A program made the translations under genes and the position numbers. Of a stretch of 64,000 nucleotides of DNA, positions 9,596 to 18,406 are shown piece after piece. The DNA lies in IMG/VR virus record IMGVR_UViG_3300025732_000017, one strand, 5' to 3'. Below the pieces are notes generated by a model that worked only from the letters and a program-made list of their open reading frames with translations, was not told the origin of the DNA and searched no databases. This DNA is from a virus. Numbering within the stretch: position 1 is the stretch's first letter; each line of letters opens with the position of its first letter.

Positions 9596-12500
9596 ATGAT
9601 TCCGGGCAGTGTTCATCCTCTTCTTGCAGGTGGAACGAGTTATTCTATAGCATATTCAATGCGTTTTAGACCAGGCAGTAGTGTTTTGTCTAGAAGTTTG
9701 GCTGCAAGTGGAAATCTTGATAAATGGACATGGAGTTGTTGGATCAAGCGAGGTGGTCCTTTTGCAACTTTTTATCCTTTATTAGCTGGAACAATAGGTG
9801 GAAGCACATATTATCAATCTGTTTTTGGTATAAATTCATCAGATCAACTTTGGTATTATCAATTTACAAATGCTGTTGGTTACTATGTAAACGTAACAAG
9901 CACTGGAGTTTTACGGGATCCATCAGCTTGGTATCATATCGTTTTGAAGTATGATCGTCTTGGATCAAATATGGTGGCTTGGGTAAACAATCAAGAATAT
10001 ATAAACACATCTTCATATACCACAACAGTTCAGTATATAAATTCTTCTTCAGCCACTCAATATTATGGTAACTACACATATCAGAGTAATCCTGGCGGTG
10101 TTTATGATGGCTATATGTCTGATTTACATTTCATTGATAATCAAGCATTGACGCCGTCTTCTTTTGCTGAAACAGATCCCGTAACTGGTGTTTGGAGACC
10201 AAAAAAATATCTTGGAACTTATACAGGAACAAGTCATAGACTAGAGTTTGCAAATAGTTCAAACTTTGGCGTAGACACCAGCGGAAATGCAAACAATTGG
10301 ACTCAAAGTGCTGGTGTTGCATCAACTGATCAAATGACTGATACACCCACATTGAATTATGCTATTTTAAACGTTGTAGATAAAGGTACTAGCATAACAA
10401 CAGCGAATGGTAATTTACAAGTAAAAAATTCTAGTGGTGGTTCCTTTGAAAGAATAAGATCGTCTATTGGTATGACCACAGGAAAATGGTATGCTGAGTT
10501 TGTAATTAATTCAGAAGGTAATCCGAGTAGAATTCAGTCAGGTTTAATGTCGGGTTCGGCCAGTATTACTATAAGTTATCTTGGCAACGGCGATGCTCTA
10601 TCCTGGTCAATATTGGAAAGCGTCGGAAGTCTTTATAAAATAACTAATAGTACTACAACATTGTATGTTTCTGGAGGAACTTTAGATCCTGGAGATATAC
10701 ACATGTTAGCCTATGACGCGGATGCTGGAAAATTTTGGTACGGAAAAAATGGCTCTTGGTTTGCTAGTGGAAATCCCGCCGCAGGAACTAATGAAATGTT
10801 TTCTGGTGTTTCTGTTTCAGGTCAAGCCATATTTTTTGCATCAAGTGCTTATAATACATCGGACTCTGGTACTTGGAATTTTGGTCAAAGACCCTTCGTT
10901 TATACCCCACCAACAGGATTTGTGGCACTAAATTCAAATAATCTTTTAGCACCAACAATCAAAAAAGGCAATACATATTTTGATGTAATCACATATACAG
11001 GTAATGGATCAACATCAAATGTTAGTATTACAGGTACAGCTTTTACACCAGATTTTATTTGGTTCAAGAGAAGAAATTCAACAACGAATGGTGATCATGT
11101 AATAATAGACAGTTCACGTTTTAGTGGATTGACTGCAGCAAATACATTTATTTCTAATACAGGATTGAATTGGGCTGGTGATACTGCAAATTGGCAATGG
11201 GGTATTGACACAGCAAATTCTGGTGTGAGAGGTGGCGGATCTCTTGGAACAAATGTAAGAACTGGCATATATTATGATGTTGATATTGATGCAAATACTC
11301 CATTTGAAGTTGAATATCAATTAAGAGGTATTGACGCAGCAAATTCTGCGGGTATAGTTGCAATTTATAGAAAAGAAGATCAGGGAAATATAGGAACTAC
11401 CGGTAATCGCTTTGCATTAGGCATGTTTTCTCAAACATCTACTCATTGGGTCGGTGGTGTAGATCCTGCGCCAACTATTGGACTTTCATTTCAGCATTCA
11501 AGTACACCAGCGGCTGAAGCAGCTGAAGAAAAGTACGCAAATGTTGTCTCGTTGACATCAAATGTCGCAACGACTAACGTGTTTGTACTTACTCGCGAAG
11601 CCGATGGTAACTTGAGAGCGTATAGAACAAACTCATCCGGAAATCGTATTTTGGTCAAGACACATTATGAAAAAACAAATTCAGCAATGAGGGTTGCCAT
11701 AGGATCTGGTTCAGAAGGTAATTTCTTAGGTCTTCAATATCTAAAAATAAATCTAGTTGGTGCAAGTTCTACGGCCACAAGATATTCTTCTCAATACACA
11801 AATCTTACTACATTTGACAAGATTGAAGAAGAGTTTGTTTCATTTAACTCAAATGGATTTACAATTAAAAATAATGGAATTAATGCTGCAGCTGATGGTG
11901 CTAGAATAACTTCACGATTAAATATAAACACAGCAACTATGGTGTCGTGGGCATGGAAAAAAAGTCCTACATCAGGATTTGACATTGTCACATATACGGG
12001 AACTGGGGCAAACACAAATGTAAGTCATTCTCTTGGTGTTGCACCATCAATGATAATTGTCAAACAACGCGCATCAAATACAACAACTAATTGGGCTGTT
12101 TGGCACACCAGCATTGCAAACACAAATTATCTTTTGTTGAATGGCACTGCTGCAGCAGCCGCGGGAGCGACATATTGGAATAATATAACTGCAAATTCTA
12201 CAACGTTTAGTCTAGGTACTCATCTTGATGTAAATTTCAATAATGCCAGATATGTTGCTTATCTTTGGTCTGAGGTTGCAGGATTTAGTAGATTTGGATC
12301 ATATGTTGGAAATAATAGTACAGATGGTCCGTTTGTTTGGTGTGGATTTAGACCAAGATTTTTACTTCTTCGCACAAACGCATTGGCAAATTGGGTTTTA
12401 GTTGATGCTGTAAGAAGTACAACAAATCCTATATCATTGTCTCTACAAGCCGATAACACTACTGTAGAGACAAGTTTCGCATATTTAGATATTTTATCTA

Positions 12501-12610
12501 ATGGATTTAAAATTAAAAGTACATCTGGTGGCGGAATAAATTCAGCATCAACAACAACATTTTTTGCAGCATTTGCTGAGACACCATTCAAATATGCAAG
12601 AGCAAGATAA
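9596..12610 (+). CDS. Large receptor-binding/fibre-tip protein with LamG-like and SPRY-like domains and YTGNG/YTGTG repeats
   Basis: KWTWSCWIKRG and AWYHIV (LamG-like); GKWYAEF and DADAGKFWYGKNGSW (SPRY-like); ITYTGNG, VTYTGTG and FGSYVGNN repeats. Confidence 0.75.
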   Translation: MIPGSVHPLLAGGTSYSIAYSMRFRPGSSVLSRSLAASGNLDKWTWSCWIKRGGPFATFYPLLAGTIGGSTYYQSVFGINSSDQLWYYQFTNAVGYYVNVTSTGVLRDPSAWYHIVLKYDRLGSNMVAWVNNQEYINTSSYTTTVQYINSSSATQYYGNYTYQSNPGGVYDGYMSDLHFIDNQALTPSSFAETDPVTGVWRPKKYLGTYTGTSHRLEFANSSNFGVDTSGNANNWTQSAGVASTDQMTDTPTLNYAILNVVDKGTSITTANGNLQVKNSSGGSFERIRSSIGMTTGKWYAEFVINSEGNPSRIQSGLMSGSASITISYLGNGDALSWSILESVGSLYKITNSTTTLYVSGGTLDPGDIHMLAYDADAGKFWYGKNGSWFASGNPAAGTNEMFSGVSVSGQAIFFASSAYNTSDSGTWNFGQRPFVYTPPTGFVALNSNNLLAPTIKKGNTYFDVITYTGNGSTSNVSITGTAFTPDFIWFKRRNSTTNGDHVIIDSSRFSGLTAANTFISNTGLNWAGDTANWQWGIDTANSGVRGGGSLGTNVRTGIYYDVDIDANTPFEVEYQLRGIDAANSAGIVAIYRKEDQGNIGTTGNRFALGMFSQTSTHWVGGVDPAPTIGLSFQHSSTPAAEAAEEKYANVVSLTSNVATTNVFVLTREADGNLRAYRTNSSGNRILVKTHYEKTNSAMRVAIGSGSEGNFLGLQYLKINLVGASSTATRYSSQYTNLTTFDKIEEEFVSFNSNGFTIKNNGINAAADGARITSRLNINTATMVSWAWKKSPTSGFDIVTYTGTGANTNVSHSLGVAPSMIIVKQRASNTTTNWAVWHTSIANTNYLLLNGTAAAAAGATYWNNITANSTTFSLGTHLDVNFNNARYVAYLWSEVAGFSRFGSYVGNNSTDGPFVWCGFRPRFLLLRTNALANWVLVDAVRSTTNPISLSLQADNTTVETSFAYLDILSNGFKIKSTSGGGINSASTTTFFAAFAETPFKYARAR

Positions 12611-12621
12611 AAACAATTCAT

Positions 12622-12629
12622 TATAAATA
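12622..12629 (+). promoter_or_regulatory. T4-type late promoter TATAAATA
   Basis: Exact gp55 consensus in the intergenic gap before 12654. Confidence 0.75.
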
Positions 12630-12653
12630 TAAAAAGAAATAAAAAGGTAAAAT

Positions 12654-13109
12654 ATGTTTGTATTAGATGGAAAACCGCTACAAGTTGATGTTCCTTTCAT
12701 ACACAATGGTATTCAATATCCAGCAAATTGGCTAAGACTTACCACATGGGAAGAAAAATCAGCAATTGGTATTACTGAAGTTTCAGATCCTGTAAGACCC
12801 GATGATCGCTTTTATTATGTTAGTATGCAAGGTGATCCTGTACCAAAAGACCTAGATTCATTGAAAGAAACTTTTAAAAACCAAGTAAATACTACTACAT
12901 ACGCAATATTACAAACAACTGATTGGTATGTAATTAGAAAGCAAGAAACAGGAGTTGAAATACCAGAAAAGATTGCAACTCATAGAAGTGCTGTTAGAGC
13001 TGCTTCAGAAGCAAACAAAACTGCGCTAAACGCAGCAACGAATCTAGAAGAGTTTATTGCTGCCGTTGAACAGATATATTCATCTTGGCCTGTTTTAGAA
13101 CCAAAGTAA
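12654..13109 (+). CDS. Tail-fibre chaperone-like protein
   Basis: YPANWLRL...KSAIGITEV and TDWYVIRKQETG..IP.KI..HR.AVR motifs; follows the large RBP. Confidence 0.65.
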   Translation: MFVLDGKPLQVDVPFIHNGIQYPANWLRLTTWEEKSAIGITEVSDPVRPDDRFYYVSMQGDPVPKDLDSLKETFKNQVNTTTYAILQTTDWYVIRKQETGVEIPEKIATHRSAVRAASEANKTALNAATNLEEFIAAVEQIYSSWPVLEPK

Positions 13110-13125
13110 AAAAGAAAAATGACAC

Positions 13126-13992
13126 ATGGCAATTAATTTCCCTATTAATCCTGTAGACGGTGATAGATTTACTCAGAGCGGTTTATCTTTCACATATAGT
13201 GCTACAATCGGAGCATGGGAAAAAACCCCTAAGATTTTGATATCCGACGAAGCACCTGCCAATACATCAAACGGCACATTATGGTGGAATTCAAATGATG
13301 GTGCATTATATATTAATTATAACGATAGCAATAGTTCACAATGGGTTGTGACATTTCCGCGAGGTAGCGGATCAACATCAAATAGTCCTAATTCAAATGG
13401 AGTCTATTTGACTGTTTCTAGTGCGGTATTAAAGACAGGCAACACCATGACAGGTGATCTTGTCATGTCTTCTGCAAACATCACATTTTTAACAACATCA
13501 AATAGCGGTGTATACTGGAATAATACTTCATTTATTCATTCACCTTCGGCAAATGTAGTAGTTTTAGGAACATCTTCTACCGAAGACATTAGAATAGATT
13601 CAACAGGTAATGTTGGCATAAAAACATCATCACCTGCCGCAAGTCTTGATGTAGTTGGATCAATATCTGATGCGAAAGCCAATAACATATCTCAAACCTT
13701 GACGGATGGTGTGTCAATAACATGGGATGGTTCCCTAGGCAGAATAGCGACTGTAACATTAGGCGGAAATAGAACACTTGCAAATGCAACAAACCTGAGA
13801 GTTGGTACATACATTCTTCATGTTATACAAGATTCAGTTGGTAGTCGAACATTAACATTTTCAAATCAATACAAGTTTACTGCAAATGTTCAACCAACTT
13901 TGACAACTGCAGCAAATAGTAGAGATCTTTTCTCGTTTGTTTCAGACGGAACAAACATGTATGGCGCAATGATACCAGACGTTAGATCTTGA
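13126..13992 (+). CDS. Modular fibre/adapter protein (MAINFP family), paralogue of 7617..8840
   Basis: MAINFP start, NGTLWWNSNDGALYI module, and the same C-terminus DGTNMYGAMIPDVRS. Confidence 0.7.
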   Translation: MAINFPINPVDGDRFTQSGLSFTYSATIGAWEKTPKILISDEAPANTSNGTLWWNSNDGALYINYNDSNSSQWVVTFPRGSGSTSNSPNSNGVYLTVSSAVLKTGNTMTGDLVMSSANITFLTTSNSGVYWNNTSFIHSPSANVVVLGTSSTEDIRIDSTGNVGIKTSSPAASLDVVGSISDAKANNISQTLTDGVSITWDGSLGRIATVTLGGNRTLANATNLRVGTYILHVIQDSVGSRTLTFSNQYKFTANVQPTLTTAANSRDLFSFVSDGTNMYGAMIPDVRS

Positions 13993-14005
13993 GGTTAAAC
14001 CCACA

Positions 14006-14920
14006 ATGTTTGTAACGATAATATCAAGACCTTATGCACTACTGAATATAACATCAACTTCAAATAATTATAATCTTAGGTCGGCAACAGGAACTGCGAT
14101 AGGAGTACCTCATCCTAATTTTCCAATAAATGTAATTTCATTTATTACTGCAAATGTTTCGGGAAATTCAAATACAGTTCCCGCATATAGAACGGCAAAT
14201 GGTTGGCATGGCGGAACTTCAATATTTGTTAGAAATAGAGCAACAATAACTGGAGCAACGGGACCAACTGGAGTTGCTGGCACAGGCGGTGCCGGAGGCG
14301 GTGGATCTGGTTATCCTACTAATCCAGGTTCAGCAGGTTCATCTGGTGGTACTGGTGGAATTGGAAATTTAGGCGGATCTGCTTTTACTGCTGATGCTGC
14401 AAATAATGTTAAAATTATAGTTGATAATTTGGGAACAATTACAGGAGGTGCCGGTGGTCCAGGCGGTCCTGGTGGTGGCGGTGGCGGTGGCGGCGGTGTT
14501 TTGGGATATCTATTGGTTCCTAGTAAAGGCGTGCCATATTATAACTATTATGGCGGTGGCGGTGGTGGTGGCGGTGCTGGTATTCCTGGTGGAACTGGTG
14601 GCGTTGGCGGAGGTTCTTTATTTGTACCAAATGGATCGACAGGATCAAACGGAACGGCATCACTAGGTGGTGCAGGTGGTGCAGCGTCTCCAGGCGGAAG
14701 TCCTGCTGCTGGTGCTGGCGGCCCTGGTGGTAATACAGCACAAGCAGGATTTGGTGGTGCAAATGGCGGTGGTGGTTACGCATTCAATACAACATACGGT
14801 GCAAAACCTGGAGGTGCCGCAGGAGCAACTGGTAACATAGGCGATACAGGATTTGCTGTTACAGGTAACACAAATATCATTTACATTACTTTAGGAACAA
14901 GAAACGGACCAGTTTCTTAA
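14006..14920 (+). CDS. Polyglycine adhesin resembling T-even gp38
   Basis: VRNRATITGATG, VDNLGTITGGAGG..GGGGGGGGG and further Gly tracts; C-terminal AVTGNTNIIYITLGTRNGPVS is gp38-like. Confidence 0.65.
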   Translation: MFVTIISRPYALLNITSTSNNYNLRSATGTAIGVPHPNFPINVISFITANVSGNSNTVPAYRTANGWHGGTSIFVRNRATITGATGPTGVAGTGGAGGGGSGYPTNPGSAGSSGGTGGIGNLGGSAFTADAANNVKIIVDNLGTITGGAGGPGGPGGGGGGGGGVLGYLLVPSKGVPYYNYYGGGGGGGGAGIPGGTGGVGGGSLFVPNGSTGSNGTASLGGAGGAASPGGSPAAGAGGPGGNTAQAGFGGANGGGGYAFNTTYGAKPGGAAGATGNIGDTGFAVTGNTNIIYITLGTRNGPVS

Positions 14921-14930
14921 AATAAATATA

Positions 14931-15077
14931 ATGAAAAATAAAATTGTAATTGAACTTTCGATAGAAGAACTAAACCAGATATTGGGTGCTTTGGCTAAAT
15001 TACCATATGAAGTATCCGTAAGTATTATAAACAAATTAGTAAAAATAGCACAAGAGCAACTAAAAAACAATGAATAG
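14931..15077 (+). CDS. 48-aa helical protein absent from the ORF track
   Basis: Read directly: MKNKIVIELSIEELNQILGALAKLPYEVSVSIINKLVKIAQEQLKNNE*. It fills the gap before gp13 and follows AATAAATA. Confidence 0.65.
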   Translation: MKNKIVIELSIEELNQILGALAKLPYEVSVSIINKLVKIAQEQLKNNE

Positions 15078-15085
15078 GTAATAAA

Positions 15086-16045
15086 ATGGCAACACCAAGT
15101 TCTCGTACCGCACTCATAGATTATTGCAAGCGTCGTCTTGGATTTCCCGTCATTGAAATCAATGTTGATGACGATCAAGTTGAAGATCGTATTGATGATG
15201 CACTACAATACTTTCAAGATTATCACTACGATGCAATTCAAAAAGTCTATCTAAAGCATCTTGTAACTCAAACGGATGTTGATCGTCAATATATTGACAT
15301 GACTCAAGCATCTGGTGCTGCTACAGTTGTTTCTGGAAATGCAACAGTTACTGGTTCGGGTACAAATTTTGCCGCAGAATTTACCGCAGGTGTAACACAG
15401 CTTACGATCAACGGTGAAACAAAAACCGTGTCTACAATAAATGACAAGGGTTCAATGGTGATGAACTCCGTGTTCTCATCAAGTGCAAATTCAGTTCCTA
15501 TTACAATTTATGGCGCGTCTGATCTAATTACAGGTGTAACAAGAATATTTCCGTTGTCATCAACAAATGCAACTGTCAATATGTTTGATCTTCGTTATCA
15601 GCTTCGCCTACACGAACTATATGACTTCACATCAACATCATATGTCAATTATGTATTGACGCAGCAACATCTTCGCACGTTGGATATGCTATTTTCTGGC
15701 GAGCAACCAATTCGCTTCAATCGTCATCAGAATAGATTGTATATCGATCTTCAATGGGGAACGGATATACAGACAAATGAATACTTGATCATAGAAGCAT
15801 ATAGAATTGTTGATCCGGATTCATATAATGATGTATATAATGATCGTTGGTTGAAGAGATACTCAACCGCATTGATCAAGCGTCAATGGGGATTGAACTT
15901 GAAGAAGTTTGGTGGTATTCAATTACCCGGTGGTGTTCAGTTGAATGGTCAGCAAATATATGACGAAGCTGAATCTGAAATTGCTACACTAGAACAAGAG
16001 ATGCAAGACAAGTACGAAGTTCCACCAGAGTTTATACTGGGCTAA
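15086..16045 (+). CDS. gp13: Neck protein gp13
   Basis: LIDYCKRRLGFPVIEINVDDDQVEDRIDDALQYF and LIKRQWG.NLKKFGGIQLPGGV.LNG; T4 synteny. Confidence 0.92.
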   Translation: MATPSSRTALIDYCKRRLGFPVIEINVDDDQVEDRIDDALQYFQDYHYDAIQKVYLKHLVTQTDVDRQYIDMTQASGAATVVSGNATVTGSGTNFAAEFTAGVTQLTINGETKTVSTINDKGSMVMNSVFSSSANSVPITIYGASDLITGVTRIFPLSSTNATVNMFDLRYQLRLHELYDFTSTSYVNYVLTQQHLRTLDMLFSGEQPIRFNRHQNRLYIDLQWGTDIQTNEYLIIEAYRIVDPDSYNDVYNDRWLKRYSTALIKRQWGLNLKKFGGIQLPGGVQLNGQQIYDEAESEIATLEQEMQDKYEVPPEFILG

Positions 16046-16053
16046 GGCACTCG

Positions 16054-16938
16054 ATGGCAACCAATCATTATTTTCATAACTATCCTGGTGTTGTTACACC
16101 CGAACAGCTTCTTGTAGAAGATTTGATAATAGAATCAATCAAGCAGTATGGTTCTGACGTTTATTACATTCCAAGAAAATCTTTAAGTGATGAAGATGGA
16201 ATATACGGTGAAGATCCTGTAAAATTATATGATGCTGCATATCCTATGGAAATGTATTTGCAGTCAGTTGCTGGATTTGAAGGACCTGGTGAATTCTTTA
16301 GTAAGTTTGGTCTTGAAATTCGTGACTCCATGCGTGTTGTTGTTGCAAGACGAGTATATGAAAAGTATGCACCAACTTCTGTTTATCCAAGACCACGTGA
16401 AGGAGATCTTGTTTATATTCCGGCTCTTTCAAACATGTTTGAAATAAAATATGTGGAAGAAGAAAGAAATTTCTACACATTAGGTCGTCGTCCACCTTTA
16501 TTCTATTATTATGAACTATCTCTTGAACTATATAAATTTTCTAATGAAAGATTTAATACTGGTGTGAATGAGATTGATGAAATTGCTCGTAAATATTCTT
16601 ATACACAAAATATGGCAATGACTGCTGGTGGAACAGGTGCATTTACACAAGGTGAAACGGTATATCAAGGTGCAAATCTTTCTTCGTCTTCTGTTACTGC
16701 AATTGTCAAAAATTGGTTTCCTGCCAATAATACACTACAACTAATAAACATGAAAGGCATCTTCTCTACAGCAACAGCTATTCGTGGCGCAACATCAAAT
16801 GCAAACTTTACATTGTCATCGTTTGATAGACAGAACTTTGATGGCATATCTGATGAATTGACAAACAATCTTGAAATACAAACAGATGCAAATGGCATCA
16901 TTGACTTTACGGAAACCAATCCGTTCGGAGAACCTTGA
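16054..16938 (+). CDS. gp14: Neck protein gp14
   Basis: ESIKQYG.DVYYIPR, FFSKFGLEIRD, RPREGDLVY, FEIKYVE and DFTETNPFGE motifs. Confidence 0.92.
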   Translation: MATNHYFHNYPGVVTPEQLLVEDLIIESIKQYGSDVYYIPRKSLSDEDGIYGEDPVKLYDAAYPMEMYLQSVAGFEGPGEFFSKFGLEIRDSMRVVVARRVYEKYAPTSVYPRPREGDLVYIPALSNMFEIKYVEEERNFYTLGRRPPLFYYYELSLELYKFSNERFNTGVNEIDEIARKYSYTQNMAMTAGGTGAFTQGETVYQGANLSSSSVTAIVKNWFPANNTLQLINMKGIFSTATAIRGATSNANFTLSSFDRQNFDGISDELTNNLEIQTDANGIIDFTETNPFGEP

Positions 16939-17996
16939 TGTCAGGTGTATTCGGTAATCATTTCTATCATCGCATAACACGCAAGATTGTTGTTGCATTT
17001 GGTTCACTATTCAATGACATTCAGTTGATAAGATATAACAAAGCAGGAACAACTGAACTTGAACGTATGCTTGTTCCAATCGTTTATGCACAAAAGGAAA
17101 AATTTTATAATCGTATCAAAGGTGATCCAAATTTGACTAAGGATATTCAGGTTACTTTACCTAGAATTTCTTTTGAAATCATTGGCGTTGAATATGATCC
17201 GACAAGAAAACAAAATAGTTTGATACGCAATACAAACATAGCCACTGCTACAAGTACAACGCAAAAAACTCAATATATGGGTGTTCCATACAACTATGAG
17301 TTTAGTTTGTCAATTTATGTTAGAAACATTGAAGACGGATGGCAAATAGTTGAACAAATACTTCCTATTTTCAATCCTGATTATACATTGACTTTGGATC
17401 TTGTGAGCACAATGGGAATCAAAAAAGATGTCCCAATCATGTTGAATTCGGTCGCATATACTGTTGATTATGAAAGTTCACACGACGAAGATACTACAAG
17501 AATGGTAATATTTGATCTTACGTTTACTGTAAGAGCAATGCTATTTGGACCAATTTCAGATTCAAAGATCATCACAAAAGCAAATACAAATATCTATGGA
17601 TCATTCAATTCAGGTACTTCTGGTGGACTACCAATATACGTTCTTGATCTTCAATCTGGTGGATTTAGTGTGTTTAAGGAAGGAGAGTTGATATGGCAAG
17701 GTGGCACATATCAGTTTCCTGATGCAAAAGCTGAGGTCATTGAACACGATACGTCAAATAGAAAACTCTATATAAAAGATGTTTATGGTTCAAAAAATGG
17801 TCTTGGTGCATTTAGGTCAAACGTAGAAATAACTGGAGCATCTTCTGGTGCATCATGGAATGTTGCAAGTTCATATGTTTCAAATATCAAACTTGTTATT
17901 GGATCAGTTACACCAGATCCATTGACTGCAAATGTAAATAGTGACTTCGGCTTTACCGAAACAATTATAGAATTTCCAAATACGTTAGGTCAGTAA
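16938..17996 (+). CDS. gp15: Tail sheath stabiliser/terminator gp15 with C-terminal extension
   Basis: FYHRITRKIVVAFGSLFNDI, LPRISFEI, EQILPIFNP motifs. ATG at 16938 overlaps the gp14 stop. Confidence 0.92.
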   Translation: MSGVFGNHFYHRITRKIVVAFGSLFNDIQLIRYNKAGTTELERMLVPIVYAQKEKFYNRIKGDPNLTKDIQVTLPRISFEIIGVEYDPTRKQNSLIRNTNIATATSTTQKTQYMGVPYNYEFSLSIYVRNIEDGWQIVEQILPIFNPDYTLTLDLVSTMGIKKDVPIMLNSVAYTVDYESSHDEDTTRMVIFDLTFTVRAMLFGPISDSKIITKANTNIYGSFNSGTSGGLPIYVLDLQSGGFSVFKEGELIWQGGTYQFPDAKAEVIEHDTSNRKLYIKDVYGSKNGLGAFRSNVEITGASSGASWNVASSYVSNIKLVIGSVTPDPLTANVNSDFGFTETIIEFPNTLGQ

Positions 17997-18406
17997 TGAG
18001 CAAAATTGATGATAATCTAAGTGAAATATTGAATATAGAACCAATAACAAAAACAAGTCAAGAAGTTGTTCCAGTTATTGAGCCAACTAACGACGCACAA
18101 ACCGATTATGATTTGACACGACAAACCATTCGTAGTCTTATGCGTAAAGGTGAAGAAGCACTTGATGAATTACTCTTTGTAGCAAAACAAAGCGAATCAC
18201 CTAGAGCATACGAAGTCGTTGCTGGTATGATCAAGAACATTTCAGAAGTGACAAAAGAACTTATAGATCTACAAAAGAAAATGAAAGATCTAAACGAAGA
18301 AACTTCAAAGTCTTCTTCTGGTGTAAATGTACAAAATGCAGTATTTGTTGGATCAACTGCAGAATTGCAAAAGCTGCTAAGACAAAGCAAAGAACAAGAT
18401 GGCTGA
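17996..18406 (+). CDS. gp16: Terminase small subunit
   Basis: DYDLTRQTI, ESPRAYEV and NAVFVGSTAELQKLL motifs. Confidence 0.9.
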   Translation: MSKIDDNLSEILNIEPITKTSQEVVPVIEPTNDAQTDYDLTRQTIRSLMRKGEEALDELLFVAKQSESPRAYEVVAGMIKNISEVTKELIDLQKKMKDLNEETSKSSSGVNVQNAVFVGSTAELQKLLRQSKEQDG

